The notes beneath the pieces are model-generated. The model had not been told where the DNA came from, ran no database searches, and worked only from the letters and a program-made list of their open reading frames with translations. From Squalus acanthias (taxonomy: Eukaryota), in assembly GCA_030390025.1 (NCBI GenBank), contig CM059425.1, positions 177,880,001-177,944,000 of the forward strand: a stretch of DNA of 64,000 nucleotides, written 5' to 3'. The translations under genes and the position numbers were made by a program. Each line of letters opens with the position of its first letter. The stretch's first letter is position 1. Below, piece by piece: positions 1 through 13,187 of this stretch.

Positions 1-94
1 GATATAGTGATTCATTTAATACAGTACAAGAGGACTAGAGATTGAGAGTGTTGAGAGTATGTGATTTGAAAGAAGTTGAATGTAGAGTGGGATC
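1..94 (-). pseudogene. Old LINE reverse-transcriptase fragment, distal part (split by the CR1 at 95-4453)
   Basis: Minus strand reads DPTLHSTSF. Joined to 4454 onward it restores IYTSA-N/D-DPTLH, the decayed YADD region. Confidence 0.6.
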
Positions 95-97
95 AGC

Positions 98-207
98 GGC
101 GAGAGCGGGACCTGAGGAACGACACCAGCGGGGATAAAAGGAGCAGCGCCCGAGACCAGTGGCGAGAGCGGGATCTGAGGAGCGACACCAGCGGGGATAA
201 AAGGAGC
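98..207 (+). repeat. Two copies of a 63-bp-period repeat in the CR1 5' UTR
   Basis: ggcgagagcggga(c/t)ctgagga(a/g)cgacaccagcggggataaaaggagc at 98 and 161. Confidence 0.9.
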
Positions 208-417
208 TAGCCGGGAGCTGCGCGTACCGACCTGAAGGGGGGGGAACCAAAGTGTGACATCACAGGAAAGCAGGTAAGTGATTGATTGGTGAGTATTTCT
301 CTCTTTTTTCTAAACGTGGACATTGGTTTAAATTAAGAGCCGGGATTAAAAACTAAACATAGATAATTGATATTTCAAAACTTGAAAACCTAATTAATTA
401 AATAAAATATAATAGAG

Positions 418-1374
418 ATGGCAGGGCAGGCGATGTGTTGCAGCTGTAGCATGTGGGAGCTGGTGGACACCAGTGTGATCCACAGCGACCACATCTGCAG
501 TAAGTGTTGGCAGCTCAAGGAACTTCGGCTCAAAGTTGATGAGCTGGAGTCCGAGCTTCAGACACTGCGATACATGAGGCAGGGAGAGTGTTACCTGGAC
601 ACTGTGTTCCAGGAGGCAGTCACACCCCTTAGGTTAAATACTTCAAATTTGGTCCATTGTCTGGGATAGGAGGGTGTGAAAATGAGTGAGGCAGGTATTG
701 GGATCCCGAAGGTAGCATTGGAGGAGCCTCAGCCTTTGCACTTGTCCAACAGGTACGAGGTTCTTACTCCCTGTGTGGATGAGAGCAGGGACTGCAGGGA
801 GGATGAGCAAACTGACCACAGCATCGTGGTACAGGGGGCCATTCAAGTTGGGGGAGTAAAAAGAAATGTAGTAGTGGTAGGGGACAGTATAGTTAGGGGG
901 ATAGATACTGTTCTCTGCAGCCGAGAGCGGGAGTCCCGAAGGCTGTGTTGCCTGCCCGGTGCCAGGGTTAAGGACATCTCCTCCGGGCTGGAGAAGAACT
1001 TGGAGTGGGAGGGGAAAGATCCAGTTGTCGTGATCTACGTAGGTACCAATGACATAGGTAGAACAGAGAAAGAGCTTCTGCTGAGGGAGTATGAGCAGCT
1101 AGGGGCTAAATTAAAAAGCAGAACAACAAAGGTAATAATCTCTGGATTACTACCTGAGCCACGAGCAAATTTGCATAGGGTAAATAAGATCAGAGAGATG
1201 AACGTGTGGCTCAGAGACTGGTGTGGGAGAAATGGGTTTCGATTCATGGGGCACTAGCACCAGTACTGGGGTAAGAGGAAGCTGTTCCGTTGGGACAGGC
1301 TTCACTTGAACCATGCTGGGACTAGTGTCCTGACGAATCGAATAACTAGGGCTGTAGAGAGGGCTTTAAACTAA
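418..1374 (+). pseudogene. CR1 ORF1 (Cys/His finger, coiled coil, SGNH esterase), two in-frame stops
   Basis: ORFs 418-669 and 676-1257 share a frame. GDSIVRG and GTNDI motifs present; the frame continues to ...RALN* at 1372-1374. Confidence 0.9.
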
Positions 1375-4361
1375 ATAGTGGGGGGAGGGTTCAGGTGAGC
1401 GGGAATTTAAAAAGTCAAAGAGAAAGGAGAAGGCAATAGAGCAAGGTAGCAATGGGGGTAATGGTAACCAGAGTGTGACAGGAAGGGACAGAATAAAAAT
1501 AAGAGTGCAAATGAAAGTGGGGTCAAAGCACGGAAAAAATAGTAAAAAGACAAAATTAAAAGCTCTTTATCTGAATGCACGCAGCATTCATAACAAGATA
1601 GATGAGTTGACAGCACAAATAGATATAAATGGGTATGATCTGATAGCCATTACAGAGACGTGGTTGCAAGGTGACCAAGGCTGGGAACTGAATATTCAGG
1701 GGTATTTGACATTTTGGAAGGATAGACAGAAAGGAAAAGGAGGTGGGGTAGATCTGTTAATAAAGGATGAGATCAGTGCAGTAGTGAGAAATGATATTGG
1801 CTCAGAAGAGCAAGATGTAGAATCAGTTTGGGTGGAGATAAGAAATAATAAGGGAAAGAAGTCACTGGTGGACATAGTCTATAGGCCCCCTAACAGTAGC
1901 TACACTGTTGGACAGAGTATAAATCAAGAAATAATGGAGGCTTGTAAGAAAGGTGCAGCAATAATCATGGGCGATTTTAATCTTCATATTGATTAGACAA
2001 ATCAAATTGGCCAAGGTAGCCTCAAGGAAGAGTAAATAGAATGTATCAGGGATGGTTTCCTAGAACAATACGTTGTGGAATCAACCAGCGAGCAGGTTAT
2101 CTTAGATCTGGTACTGTGTAATCAGACAGGATTAATAAATGATCTCATAGTAAAGGATCCTCTCGGAAAGAGTGATTATAGCATGGTTGAATTTCAAATT
2201 CAATTGGAGGGTGAGAAAGTTGGGTCTCAAACCCGTGTCCTGATCTTAAAAAAGGCAATTACAAAGGTATGAAGGCAGAGTTGGCGAAAGTGGACTGGGA
2301 AAATAGATTAAAGGGTAAGACGGTTGATAAGCAATGACAAACATTTAAGGAGATATTTCATAACTCTCAACAAAAATATATTCCAGTGAGAAGGAAAGAC
2401 TTTAAGAGAAGGGAGAACCATCTGTGGCTAACTAAGGAAGTAAAGGATGGTATCAAATTGAAAACAAAGGCATACAATGTTGTCAAGATTAGTGGGAGGC
2501 CAGAGGATTGGGACATTTTTAAAAACCAGCAAAGGGCGACTTAAAAAATAATAAAGAGAGAGAAGATGGATTATGAGAGTAAACTAGCAAGAAATATAAA
2601 AACAGATAGTAAGAGCTTCTACAGGTATAAAAAGGAAGAGAGTAGCTAAAGTAAACATTGGTCCCTTAGAGGATGAGACTGGGGAATTAATAATGGGAAA
2701 CAGGGAAATGGCAGAGACTTTGAACAAATATTTTGTATCAGTCTTCATGGTAGAAGACACTAAAATCATCCCAATAATACATAATCAAGGAGCTATAGGG
2801 AGGGGGAACTTAAAACAATCACTATCACTAAAGAAAAAGTACTCAGTAAAATAATGGGACTAAAGGTGGTCAAGTCCCCTGGACCTGATGTCCTGCATCC
2901 TAGGGTCTTAAAAGAAGTGGCTGCAGAGATAGTGGATGCATTGGTTGCAATATACCAAAATTCCCTGGATTCTGGAGAGGTCCCAGCAGATTGGGAAACC
3001 GCAAATGTAACGCTCCTATTTAAGAAGGGAGGGAGACAGAAAGCAGGAAACTATAGACCAGTTAGCCTAACATCTGTCATTGGGAAAATGCTGGAGTCCA
3101 TTATTAAGGAAGCAGTAGCAGGACATTTGGAAAATCATAATACAGTCAAGCAGAGTCAGCATGGTTTTATGAAAGGGAAATCATGTTTGACAAATTTGCT
3201 GGAGTTCTTTGAGGATGTAACGAGCAAGGTGGATAAAGGGGAACCAGTGGATGTGGTGTATTTGGATTTCCAGAAGGCATTTGATAAGGTGCCACATAAA
3301 AGGGTACTGCACAAGATAAGAGCTCACGGGGTTGGGGGTAATATATTAGCATGGATAGAGAATTGGCTAACTAACAGAAAACAGAGAGTCGGGATAAATG
3401 GGTAATTTTCCGGTTGGCAAACGGTAACTAGTGGGGTACCACAGGGATCAGTGCTGTGGCCTCAACTATTTACAATCTATATTAATGACTTGGATGAAGG
3501 GACCGAGTATAATGTAGCCAAATTTGATGATGATACAAAGATAGGTGGGAAAGCAAGTTGTGAAGAGGACACAAAGAACCTGCAAACGGATATAGACAGG
3601 CCAAGTGAATGGGCAAGCATTTGGCAGATAGAGTATAATGTGGGAAAGTGTGAGGTTATCCACTTTGATAAGAAAAATAAAAAAGCTAATTATTATTTAA
3701 ATGGAGAGAGATTACAAAATGCTGCAGTACAGAGGGACCTGGGGGTCCTTGTGCATGAAACACAAAATGTTAGCATGCAGGTACAGCAAGTAATCAGGAA
3801 GGCAATTGGAATGTTGGCCTTTATTGCAAGGGCGTTGGAGTATAACAGCAGGGAAGTCCTGCTACAACTGTACAAGGTATTGGTGCGACCACACCTGGAG
3901 TACTGCGTACAGTTTTGGTCTCCTTATTTAAGGAGGGATATATTTGCATTGGAGGCAGTTCAGAGAAGGTTCACGAGGTTGATTCCTGAGATGAAGGGAT
4001 TGACTTATGAAAAAAGATTGAGCAGGTTGGGCCTATACTCATTGGAGTTTAGAAGAAAGAGAGATAATCTTATTGAAACATATAAGATACTGAGGGGGCT
4101 CGACAAGTTAGATGCAGAAAAGATGTTTCCCCTCATGGGGGAATCTAGAACTGGGGGCATAGTTTCAGAATAAGGGGTTGCCCATTTAAAACTGAGATGA
4201 GGAGGAATTTCTTCTCTCAGAGGGTCGTAAATCTGTGCAATTCTCTACCCCAGAGAGCTGTGGAGGCTGGGTCATTGAATATATTTAAGGTGGAGATAGA
4301 CCGATTTTTGAACAATAAGGGAGTGAAGGGTTATGGGGAGCAGGCAGGGAAATGGAGCTGA
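1365..4361 (+). pseudogene. CR1 ORF2 (AP endonuclease + reverse transcriptase), fragmented
   Basis: ORF pieces 1475-1996, 2075-2272, 2854-3405 and 3451-4173 carry APE and RT motifs. Confidence 0.93.
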
Positions 4362-4453
4362 GCCCAAGATCAGATCAACCATGATCTCATTAAATGGCGG
4401 AGCTGGCTTGAGGGGCCAAATGGCCTACTCCTGCTCCTATTTCTTATGTTCTT

Positions 4454-5215
4454 ATTAGCAGAAGTATAGATTGGGTCGAATGGTAATTGGAGGAGGTCTT
4501 TAAAATAAAGAAAGAACAGAAAACAGAATCCTGGGAAACTGTCAGAGGATGAAACAACAACTGCAACACAGTTGAAGAGGAGTTGAGTGAAGAGTTAACT
4601 AGTTAGTCATGAACGTGACTTTGGTGGCACGCCTTATGATGATAACTTGTTCTTAAGCAATGTCAAACGCTTTGGAATTGGCAAAACATTCACAGATAAT
4701 TCATCAAAGTGTGCAAGAACAGAGTTGTAGAGGTGCATAATACAGACAATAATTCAAGCAGGAAACCACACCAATGATCATAGATTAGGCCAGGATTTTC
4801 AAGGTAATGGACAATTTCAGAGTTAATAGCAGCTTCCAAACTTTAGAATGTACAAATGTAAGAGCGATAGGGTGCTAGTTTGAAGGATAAGAGGGATGAC
4901 CTTTCTTAGGGATAAAGTGAACATGAGCAAATTTCTAAGGAGAAGAAAAGGTGAATTGGAAGTAAAAGAGATTGAAGTGACAATAGTGGAAGTGATAACA
5001 ATAAGGATCAGAGGCCTTATTGGAGTCCAGAAGCACAGAGGACACAACAGACTTGGTGGGAATAAAACTTGGTGTCAGCCGTAATAGTAGAACAGAATGG
5101 AGCAATGGAGGAAGATTTTTTGTACCAATATCATTGAGATTAGGGTTGGAAGAGAAAAGTCAGCTAATCTTTTTAGGAAGACTCTACTAACAGGGCAGAA
5201 GAAGGTGCAAATGTA
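4454..5215 (-). pseudogene. Old, heavily decayed LINE RT fragment (CR1/Jockey-like)
   Basis: Minus strand gives AHVHFIPKKGHPSYPSN*HPIALT...YLENPGLIYDHWCGF and VSQDSV...LYFKDL, decayed non-LTR RT motifs. Confidence 0.7.
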
Positions 5216-5227
5216 AAATTCAGCAAG

Positions 5228-6237
5228 AGGCCTTACCCACCTAAGGTCTTCAGGGAACACTCATCCTACCTGCACCTAAGCCAGGAGCAGTGTATTCGGC
5301 GGCTCCACTTCACTAAGGAAGTGGTCACAGAACTCTGCCACCTCTTCGAACCAGACCTGCAGCCTGAGAGCAGGGTGAGGACGTCGCTCCCAATGGCCCT
5401 TAAGGTGACCATGGCCCTGCATTTTTTCGCCAGTGAATTGTTCCAGGCTGGAACATGCAAAATAGCTAACATCTCGCTGTTCGCCGTCCATCGCTGCTTC
5501 CGGGAGATCACAGAGGCTCTGTACCCTAGGAGAAGGGAATTCATTGTCTTCTCTCTAAACAGAGAGAAGCAGGCGGAGCGCACATGTGCCTTTGCCAGGA
5601 AATCGGGCTTCCCCATGATGCCATCGACTGCACACATGTGGCTTTGCCGGCGCCACATATCAATGGTTAGATGTACCATAACGGCAAAGGCTGCCACTCA
5701 CTTAATGTACAGTTATTGTGCAATCACACCCAGCACATCATGATGGTGAATGCCCGATATCCTGGCAGCAGTCATGATGCCTTCATCCTGCGCCAGTCTG
5801 CTGTGCCAGCAATCCTCCAGCCACCACGTTGAACCCGAGGGTGGCTGCTCGGTGACAAGGGCTATCCGCTTTACAGCTGGCTGATGACTCCCCTCCGCAG
5901 CCCCACCACTCGTGGCCAGCAATCATGTAATGACAGCCATGCTGCCATGAGGAGCGTCTTCAAGCAGACCATCGGGGCGCTCAAGCAATGGTTCCGCTGC
6001 CTTGACCACTCAGGTGGAGCCCTCCAGTACTCACTGGAGCAGGTGTTCCAATTCGTAGTGGTCTGCTGCGTCCTCCACAACTTGGCAATCATGAGGGCAC
6101 AGCCCTTGCAACCACGGATTCCGTGACCATTTCAGGAGGAGGAAGAGGAGGAGGAGGAGGAAGGGAAGAGGCAGCCTGCAAATCCCTGTTCCGGACGGAC
6201 TGTTCGTGAGCGCATTATCAGACTCTGCTACCCCTAA
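5228..6237 (+). pseudogene. Harbinger transposase (HARBI1-like), frameshifted
   Basis: [51 protein letters not shown] and CCVLHNL across frames. Confidence 0.9.
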
Positions 6238-6405
6238 ATGAAACCCCAGATCCCCGTTGCTCAACACTTTCCCCACCTTATCATTCCTCTGTCATGGAAC
6301 ATCATAGCATCCTCTTAGCTACGATGATGAAATGAAAGCCATGACAAAAACATTCCAAACATAATTTTTTTAATGATTACTTCCAAAACGACATTAAAAA
6401 TTCAA

Positions 6406-8267
6406 CTAATCACACTTGTGCAATCCCTTAGTGCCTTTGCCTACTCTAGTGCTCCTATTCAGTGCTACCCAAGTGGCTGCAGCATGGCTGGTGGAAGGCT
6501 GCTGACTTTCAGTGAGGGAGACTGCAAATGGCTTTGCAGGATGACCTCGAGCAGCTCTGGGCCTAGAAGGCCCGGCTGTAGACTGCACCATCTTGGCATG
6601 GGCAGCAGCAGTCTGGTCTGGCTGGCTGACAGGCAACGTCAAGGGCACTGGCAGAGTGTCAGTGGTGGGAGGGCGAATGCTGTCATTCTGAGAGAGGACA
6701 GCAGGTTCTTGCTTCACGGAGTCACTGCCACTCCCCGGGGTGGCGCCTCAGCATTCCTAGCCATCTGTTAGAGGACAGATTACTGGATTGTGATGAGACC
6801 CTTTCAACACTGGTAAATGCAGCCACGATGGCAGCAGTCTGAGCTTGCATGACAAAAGTCTAAGCTTCCACTGCAGCACTCAGACATTGGGTCACTTCGA
6901 CTTGTGCTTCAATGGAAGCTTCGACATCGCCTATCACACCCAGCATCATGGTTGGGTCCACAAGTGCTCTAATGGAGTTGCCCATCACTTCCATCCTGGA
7001 AATCATGTGCTCCAAGCTCTGCACAAAGCCCTATGCAAGGTTGGAGCCGGACTCCTCCACGCTCCTTGAGTGACAACAGGCTCTCTGGCAGACCTGGCAT
7101 TGTACCAAGCATTACTGTGTGCATGCCCATCACCCTTCTTCTGAAGGCCGCCCCATTGAAGTACTCATCTGAGTCCTCTGTAGCAGAACTTGTGTACGTC
7201 CTCGCCCTCCGGGCAGCTGGCACCTGCGCTACCCTTTCCCCCTGGCCTGGTTGCAGCCCACACATGCAGATCCCCCCTCTATACTACCCGCTAAAGTTTG
7301 CGCAGCACCATTTTCTGAGCTGGTGACTGGGAGTCTCGGATCGAGTGAGGGTGTCTCTTCTTCTCCTTTACTCTCTTCCTCTTGTTCTTCCTGCAGAGGC
7401 TGGGCTGGTTGAAGTTCTTGTGTATCTGAAAGGAGAAAGGCACAAGGGTAGGGTTGTGGTGAGGGAGGGGGTGGAAAGCAAGATGTGCATGGTTACACCA
7501 TCAGCAACTTGTAAGTGAGAAGAGATTGCGGGATGAGGGGGAAGTGGGAAGTGAGAAGGAGGATTAAGTATGAGCATACAGTCATCATCAATGCTTTCAG
7601 CCTCGCCAATCACCACGGCTTCAGTGACAGCCCCTCCTATGATATCCAGCACTGTCTCCTCCAGCTGGGTCAGGATATGCAGCCGTGCCTGCTCCCCCCC
7701 TGTTAGCTGCTGCTGGTGCCGGTTATGTGCCACCTTGGCCTGCAAGAGAAAAGAAAGTGTGTCAGTGCGTGTGGTGCAATGTGTTTGGGTGATGTGCCTA
7801 TCGTGGTTGAATAGCTGGCATTCAGTGCAAGGTGTGAGATGAGCATGAGAGGCTTGCAACAGTGGTAAGTTTGTGAGGGTGAGTTAAAGCTATGATTGTG
7901 AGGTATGAGTTGTGATTGATAGAGATTGTTGGTAGGTGAGTGATGGGGGTGTGGTGCATTGAGCAGTGTGTGAGGCTAGTGGTGCAGTTGGTGCGATATG
8001 GCATTTGAAGATGTCTTCACTCACCTTGACCACTCGAGTGAGGTCATTAAACTTCTTTCAGCACTGGATTCAGGTCCGGGGGGAAAGACTGGTGGCACTG
8101 ACAGTTTCAGCAATCTGCTCCCACTGCCTTCTTACAATAAGTCTGGAGGGCCTCCTGGCTACCTCCTGGAGACAGAGGACTTGTCTCCTCCTTTCAATCC
8201 CCTGCTCTAAGGCCACCAGTGCTGCATCTGAGAATCGAGGTGCCCTTTCTCTGCCCTGTTGAGCCAT
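6406..8267 (-). pseudogene. Harbinger Myb/SANT-like DNA-binding protein gene, three exons
   Basis: MAQQGRERAPRFSDAAL...WEQIAETVS. Donor GTGAGT near 8023, acceptor TCTTGCAG near 7740, donor GTATGC near 7578, acceptor CCTTTCAG near 7426. Confidence 0.75.
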
Positions 8268-8597
8268 ATATACCTTCCACTTTCCTTTGCTACATTAACA
8301 GTGAGGTGCTTCTTTCAGAAAGCGCCTCCCCTTTAAGAAGTGCAGACTGTGCTTCAAACTACAGGCTACATTTAAATAGAGATCACACTTCCCACAAAAT
8401 TGGGCCCCCTGCTGACCTCTGAGCGAAGCAGCAGCATGTTCAGCGCTGGGCTCAGTGCTTCAATCATCTTAATTAACAGGCAGTACGAATTTCATGTGCT
8501 GCCTGCATTACTTTCAACAGGTGCGGGCAGATCGCTCATCGCAATCCCTGCATCCGTTTTCGGGCCTTATTAAATTTAGCCCACTCAAACTTGTTGT

Positions 8598-8700
8598 TAA
8601 TTCATTCTCGGGATGTGGGCGTCGCTGGCAAGGCCGGCATTTATTGCCCATTCCTAGTTGCTCTTGAGAAAGTGGTGGTGAGGCTTCTTCTTGAACTGCA
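8598..8700 (-). mobile_element. 3'-terminal fragment of second LINE family (family B) or its partner SINE
   Basis: gggatgtgggcgtcgctggcaaggcc...cttcttgaac matches the ends at 23955, 41495, 47910 and 58575. Confidence 0.8.
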
Positions 8701-8994
8701 AGCAGCGTACAGCCCATTGAACCCTTCAATGCCTGTTGTTCACCTGAAGAATGGATGCTGCACAAACGCATTTCTGGGCCCTGGAGTTCTCACAGTCATT
8801 TCATTGAAAGCTGTTTTCAAGATCTTCAAAAATTATAAAAAGCCAAAAATTCCAGGTTTGTCTGATACCCCCACGAGTTTCACTTTTGCCTTGAAGTAAA
8901 ACTTAATTTACTTCATTTTACTCTATCTTTGCAACGCTGAACGTTTTTAAAGGACAAAGAAAAATTTAATTGGTATTACAGAAAATCAGAAATC

Positions 8995-10247
8995 ACATTT
9001 GATTGAATTTTTCGAGGGGGTGACTAGGTGTGTGGATGAGGGTAGTGCAGTTGATGTAGTCTACATGGACTTCAGTAAGGCTTTTGACAAAGTCCAGCAT
9101 GGGAGACTGGTCAAGAAGGTAAGAGCCCATGGGATCCAGGGCAATTTGGCACATTGGATCCAAAATTGGCTTAGTGGCAGGAGGCAGAGGGTGATGGTCG
9201 AAGGTTGTTTTTGTGACTGGAAGCCTGTGTCCAGTGGTGTACCGCAGGGATCGGTGCTGGGTCCTTTGCTGTTTGTAGTGTACATTAATGATTTAGATAT
9301 GAATGTAGGAGGTATGATCAGTAAGTTCGCAGATGACACGAAAATTGGTGGAGTGGTAAATAGCGAGAAGGGAAGCCTCAGGCTACAGGACGATATAGAT
9401 GGGTTGGTCAGATGGGCAGAATAGTGGCAAATGGAATTTAACCCTGAAAAGTGTGAGGTGATGCATTTTGGGAAGACTAACAAGGCAAGGGAATACACAA
9501 TGAATGGTAGGATCCTAGGGAGGACAAAGGATCAGAGGGACCTTGGTGTGCATGTACATAGATCCCTGAAGGCAGCAGGACAGGTAGATAAGGTGGTTAA
9601 GAAGGCATATGGGATACTTGCCTTCATTAGCCGAGGCATAGAATATAAGAGTAGGGAGGTTATGATGGAACTGTACAAAACGCTAGTTAGGCCACAGCTG
9701 GAATACTGTGTGCAGTTCTGGTCGCCACACTATAGGAAGGATGTGATTGCATTAGAGAGGGTGCAGAGGAGATTCACCAGGATGTTACCTGGGCTGGAGC
9801 GTTTCAGCTATGAAGAGAGACTGGACAGGCTGAGGTTGTTTTCCTTAGAGCAGAGAAGGCTGAGGGGGGACCTGATTGAGGTGTACAAAATTATGAGGGG
9901 CATAGATAGGGTAGATAGAAAGGAACTTTTCCCCTTGGTAGAGGGGTCAATAACCAGGGGGCATAGTTTCAAGGTAACGGGCAGAAGGTTTAGAGGGGAT
10001 TTGAGGAAAAACCTTTTCACCCAGAGGGTGGTTGGAATCTGGAACTCACTGCCTGAAAGGGTGGTAGAGGCAGGAACCCTCACAACATTCAAGAAGCATT
10101 TAGATGAGCACTTGAAATGCCATAGCATACAAGGCTACGGACCAAGTGCTGGAAAATGGGATTAGAATAGATAGGCTTGATGGCCGGTGCGGACACGATG
10201 GGCCGGAGGGCCTCTTTCTGTGCTGTATAAATCTATGACTCTATGAC
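8995..10247 (+). mobile_element. 5'-truncated CR1 LINE (RT and C-terminus nearly intact)
   Basis: ORFs 8999-9424 and 9431-10165 share a frame with one stop; FADD motif; (CTATGACT)n tail. Confidence 0.95.
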
Positions 10248-11378
10248 AGTTCTTGATTCCACATTAGAACCGCTTCAGGAATGTTAACCAAAGATATAGG
10301 AAACATCAATATACTGTACTAATATCTACATCATGGAAAAAGGGCTTCTTAGAACCAGAGTAACGTGGTCAAAGATTTGATTCATTCAGTTCATAAAAAT
10401 GTTTATGCTTTTAAGTATGTTATGCCATTAATTAGGTGCCTGAGGCTGACAACGTGTAACCTTAAGTTATTTTTGTGTTTTACGATTCATCTTTGTGATG
10501 CTTAGAACAAGTAGTGATTGTGAAGCTATGACTTAAAACTAACTGACTGAAGAAACTGGCAGTAAAAGATGTACCACATTCAACTTTAGTGTACAAGTTT
10601 CTAATGTTCACAAGTTGGGCACTGTCAATTTAAATGTTTTGTTGGGAAGGTCAACTTTCACGTGTTTGAATCCTGGTATTTGAGAACTATAAATAAACTG
10701 CTGCCATCTTCCATTTCTTTGAGGTCATTGTGTTAATCAAAAACAGCTCTGAACCAGATCATGCAGTCAGCATTTATGTTTTTTTTGGACATAAAACTCC
10801 CCAGCAGTGCTGTGTAAGATCAATTACATTTCCTTTCATTAAAATAATGTTTCCACTCAATATCAAACTGACCTTCTGTAAACTTTCTGACTGAATTAAG
10901 CATTTCTGAGAGCTTAATGCAGTAGGGGCCATATTTTCCACTTTTTCAAATAAAAGGTAAATTTCCCTTTGTATAAATGTGTTTAGAATCATAAAATCAT
11001 AGAATGATACAGCATAGAAGGAGGCCAATCGGCTCATCATGACAGTGCCGGCTCTTTGGTAGAGCTATCCAATTACAGGAAACTCTTTGGTATCCGGCAC
11101 CGACGGGACCGGGATGGTGCCGGTTGAATAAAAATTCCGGATAACGGAGAGGTATATCTACCGAGGCTATTTTTAACAAACAAAATTTAAAAAATCAAGA
11201 AATGTGCAGTATACAGTATTTGGGTACTCACCTACAGAATGTTGTGTTAAATGGATGGTGGAAGATGCTTGATTAAGTACAGTACTGCTAGTTGAGGGTA
11301 ATCCATAACTCTTTAATTACTTAACAGTAAAACAAAACTTATAAATGACTGTATACAGTACTGTAGTTGACTGTACAC

Positions 11379-13145
11379 TTATTCCAAGTCAGCTGGTTCA
11401 TCAGGAATATCCATGCCAGCTGGGTCATCAGGATCATGCAGTTCCACAGATTCCACAGATTCGTCAGGCACTTCCGCTGCTTCGACTCTTTTGGAAGCTT
11501 TCTTAAACATGTTGCGGATGTCGGTTTGCTTAGTGGACTCTTGCCTTTTCTGTAGAAACGTGGAATGCAGAATATGGAGTTGCATAACTTCTTGGGCAGA
11601 GTAGCAAGGCTGCCTTTCAGCAAATTGGAGGATTGAAGAAAATCCTTCTACAGCTTTAGCCCAAGAAATCTTGTTCTCTTCAGAAATCTCATCCTCTTCA
11701 CTTTCCATCTCACTTTCCTTTTCTTTCTTTGGATTCAAAACACTCTCAATTATTTCATCATCACTTAGCATATGCACAACACCAACTTCTCTATCTGCAT
11801 CAACCCACTGCTCGATATCACTTTCACTGAGGTGACGTAGAGGGTTTGCTGGGCCTGCATTTTTCACCATGCCAGCCATTTCCATTATTGTACTCTTCTT
11901 GGGACGAACATTGAACCCATGAAATTCCTCCTCTGAAGAAAAACCTTCAGCAAACATTACAGAAGGCCACAATTTGCGCCAGCCTTGCCTCAGAGTGTGA
12001 CCTTTCACCAAGTTCCAGGAACATGCAACATTATAGATGGCATCTTTAATATTGTATTCCTTCTGAAATACGTGAATATTGTCATTTTGGTTTATCAGTT
12101 TACGTAGGAAGTCTTTCTTGTAATGACACTTCAGATTTTGGATAACGCCCTGGTCCATGGGTTGTATGAGAGAAGTTACATTTGGTGGCAAATAAATGGT
12201 GAAAATATTTCCCGAAACCAACTCGGATTCATGCGGATGGGCTCTACAATTATCAAGCAATAAAATGCATTTGCTATCTTCAGGTTTCCCTACTTTACGG
12301 AAATGTTCCCTCACAGATGGAACAAAAATATGATGGAACCAATAGGAGAAGATTTCCTTATCCATCCAAGCATTTTTTTGAGCTTTGTACTCAACAGGTA
12401 AGTGCCTCACATTTTTAAATGCACGGGGATTTTTATACTTCCCAATAACAAGAAGTTTAACCCGGTATGATCCAGCAGCGTTCGCACATGTTAGCACGGT
12501 TACACAATCTTTATTTTTCTTGTAACCTGAAGCATTAGCCTCACTAGCCCCAGCAAGCGTTGATTCTGGCAAAAACCTGCAAAACAAGCCAGTTTCATCG
12601 GCATTGTATATCTGTTCTGGCGACAAATCATGTTGCTGCACAATCCGATTGAAATAATCGCAGTATTCTTCTGCGGCGTCGTGATCAGCTGATTTCTTCT
12701 CCCTGGAAATATCGAGTCGTTGTATCCTGTGCCGTAACTTGAAGCACGTTAGCCATCCCTCGGAGAAAGCACACTTGTCAGTGAGCTCCATCCTTTCGTA
12801 GAAATCCTTCGCTTTCTCGATTAGCATGGGTCCGGAAATTGGAACACCCTCTGAATGCTTAAGAGAAAACCATTCATAAAGCACGGTATCCAGCTCTTCA
12901 AGCTTAGGCTTACGAAGCGTACGCCGTTTCTCTACACTCTTAGATGTCTCTGAGCTTGAATAAAACTTGAGCAGCTTATCTTTCTGCGATTTGATGTCGT
13001 AGATTGTTGACGAACCGATTTTGAATTCATTCATAATGTTGATACGCTTCTCTCCCCTTTCTAGTCGTTGGCATATCTCGATTTTCTGTTTTAAAGTTAA
13101 GACCACTCTCTTCCTTTTGCTTGGACCAGCTTTTGGGAATTCCAT
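11379..13145 (-). CDS. Tigger transposase (CENP-B-type HTH domains + DD32D), uninterrupted
   Basis: First ATG gives [36 protein letters not shown] and QPMDQG motifs, with 32 residues between the second and third Asp. Confidence 0.93.
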   Translation of the reverse strand: MEFPKAGPSKRKRVVLTLKQKIEICQRLERGEKRINIMNEFKIGSSTIYDIKSQKDKLLKFYSSSETSKSVEKRRTLRKPKLEELDTVLYEWFSLKHSEGVPISGPMLIEKAKDFYERMELTDKCAFSEGWLTCFKLRHRIQRLDISREKKSADHDAAEEYCDYFNRIVQQHDLSPEQIYNADETGLFCRFLPESTLAGASEANASGYKKNKDCVTVLTCANAAGSYRVKLLVIGKYKNPRAFKNVRHLPVEYKAQKNAWMDKEIFSYWFHHIFVPSVREHFRKVGKPEDSKCILLLDNCRAHPHESELVSGNIFTIYLPPNVTSLIQPMDQGVIQNLKCHYKKDFLRKLINQNDNIHVFQKEYNIKDAIYNVACSWNLVKGHTLRQGWRKLWPSVMFAEGFSSEEEFHGFNVRPKKSTIMEMAGMVKNAGPANPLRHLSESDIEQWVDADREVGVVHMLSDDEIIESVLNPKKEKESEMESEEDEISEENKISWAKAVEGFSSILQFAERQPCYSAQEVMQLHILHSTFLQKRQESTKQTDIRNMFKKASKRVEAAEVPDESVESVELHDPDDPAGMDIPDEPADLE

Positions 13146-13187
13146 AATGCAAGATGGGGGAGATAATTCCCGATAAAGGTGGAGAGA

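Larger units (their letters stand above)
95..4453 (+). mobile_element. Full-length CR1-clade LINE (decayed ORFs)
   Basis: GC-rich 5' UTR, Zn-finger/esterase ORF1, APE-RT ORF2 (NARSI, ITETWL, YLDFQKAFD, PQGS, KFDDDTK), 3' hairpin region and (CTTATGTT)n tail. Flanks rejoin into an older LINE. Confidence 0.95.
5222..8582 (+). mobile_element. Harbinger/PIF DNA transposon, left end truncated
   Basis: Plus-strand DDE transposase convergent with a minus-strand Myb/SANT gene; terminus AAATTTAGCCC at about 8572-8582. Confidence 0.88.

Noticed and set aside
10774..11040. 88-aa minus-strand ORF
   Set aside because: Starts within a CR1 tail and has no domain similarity.
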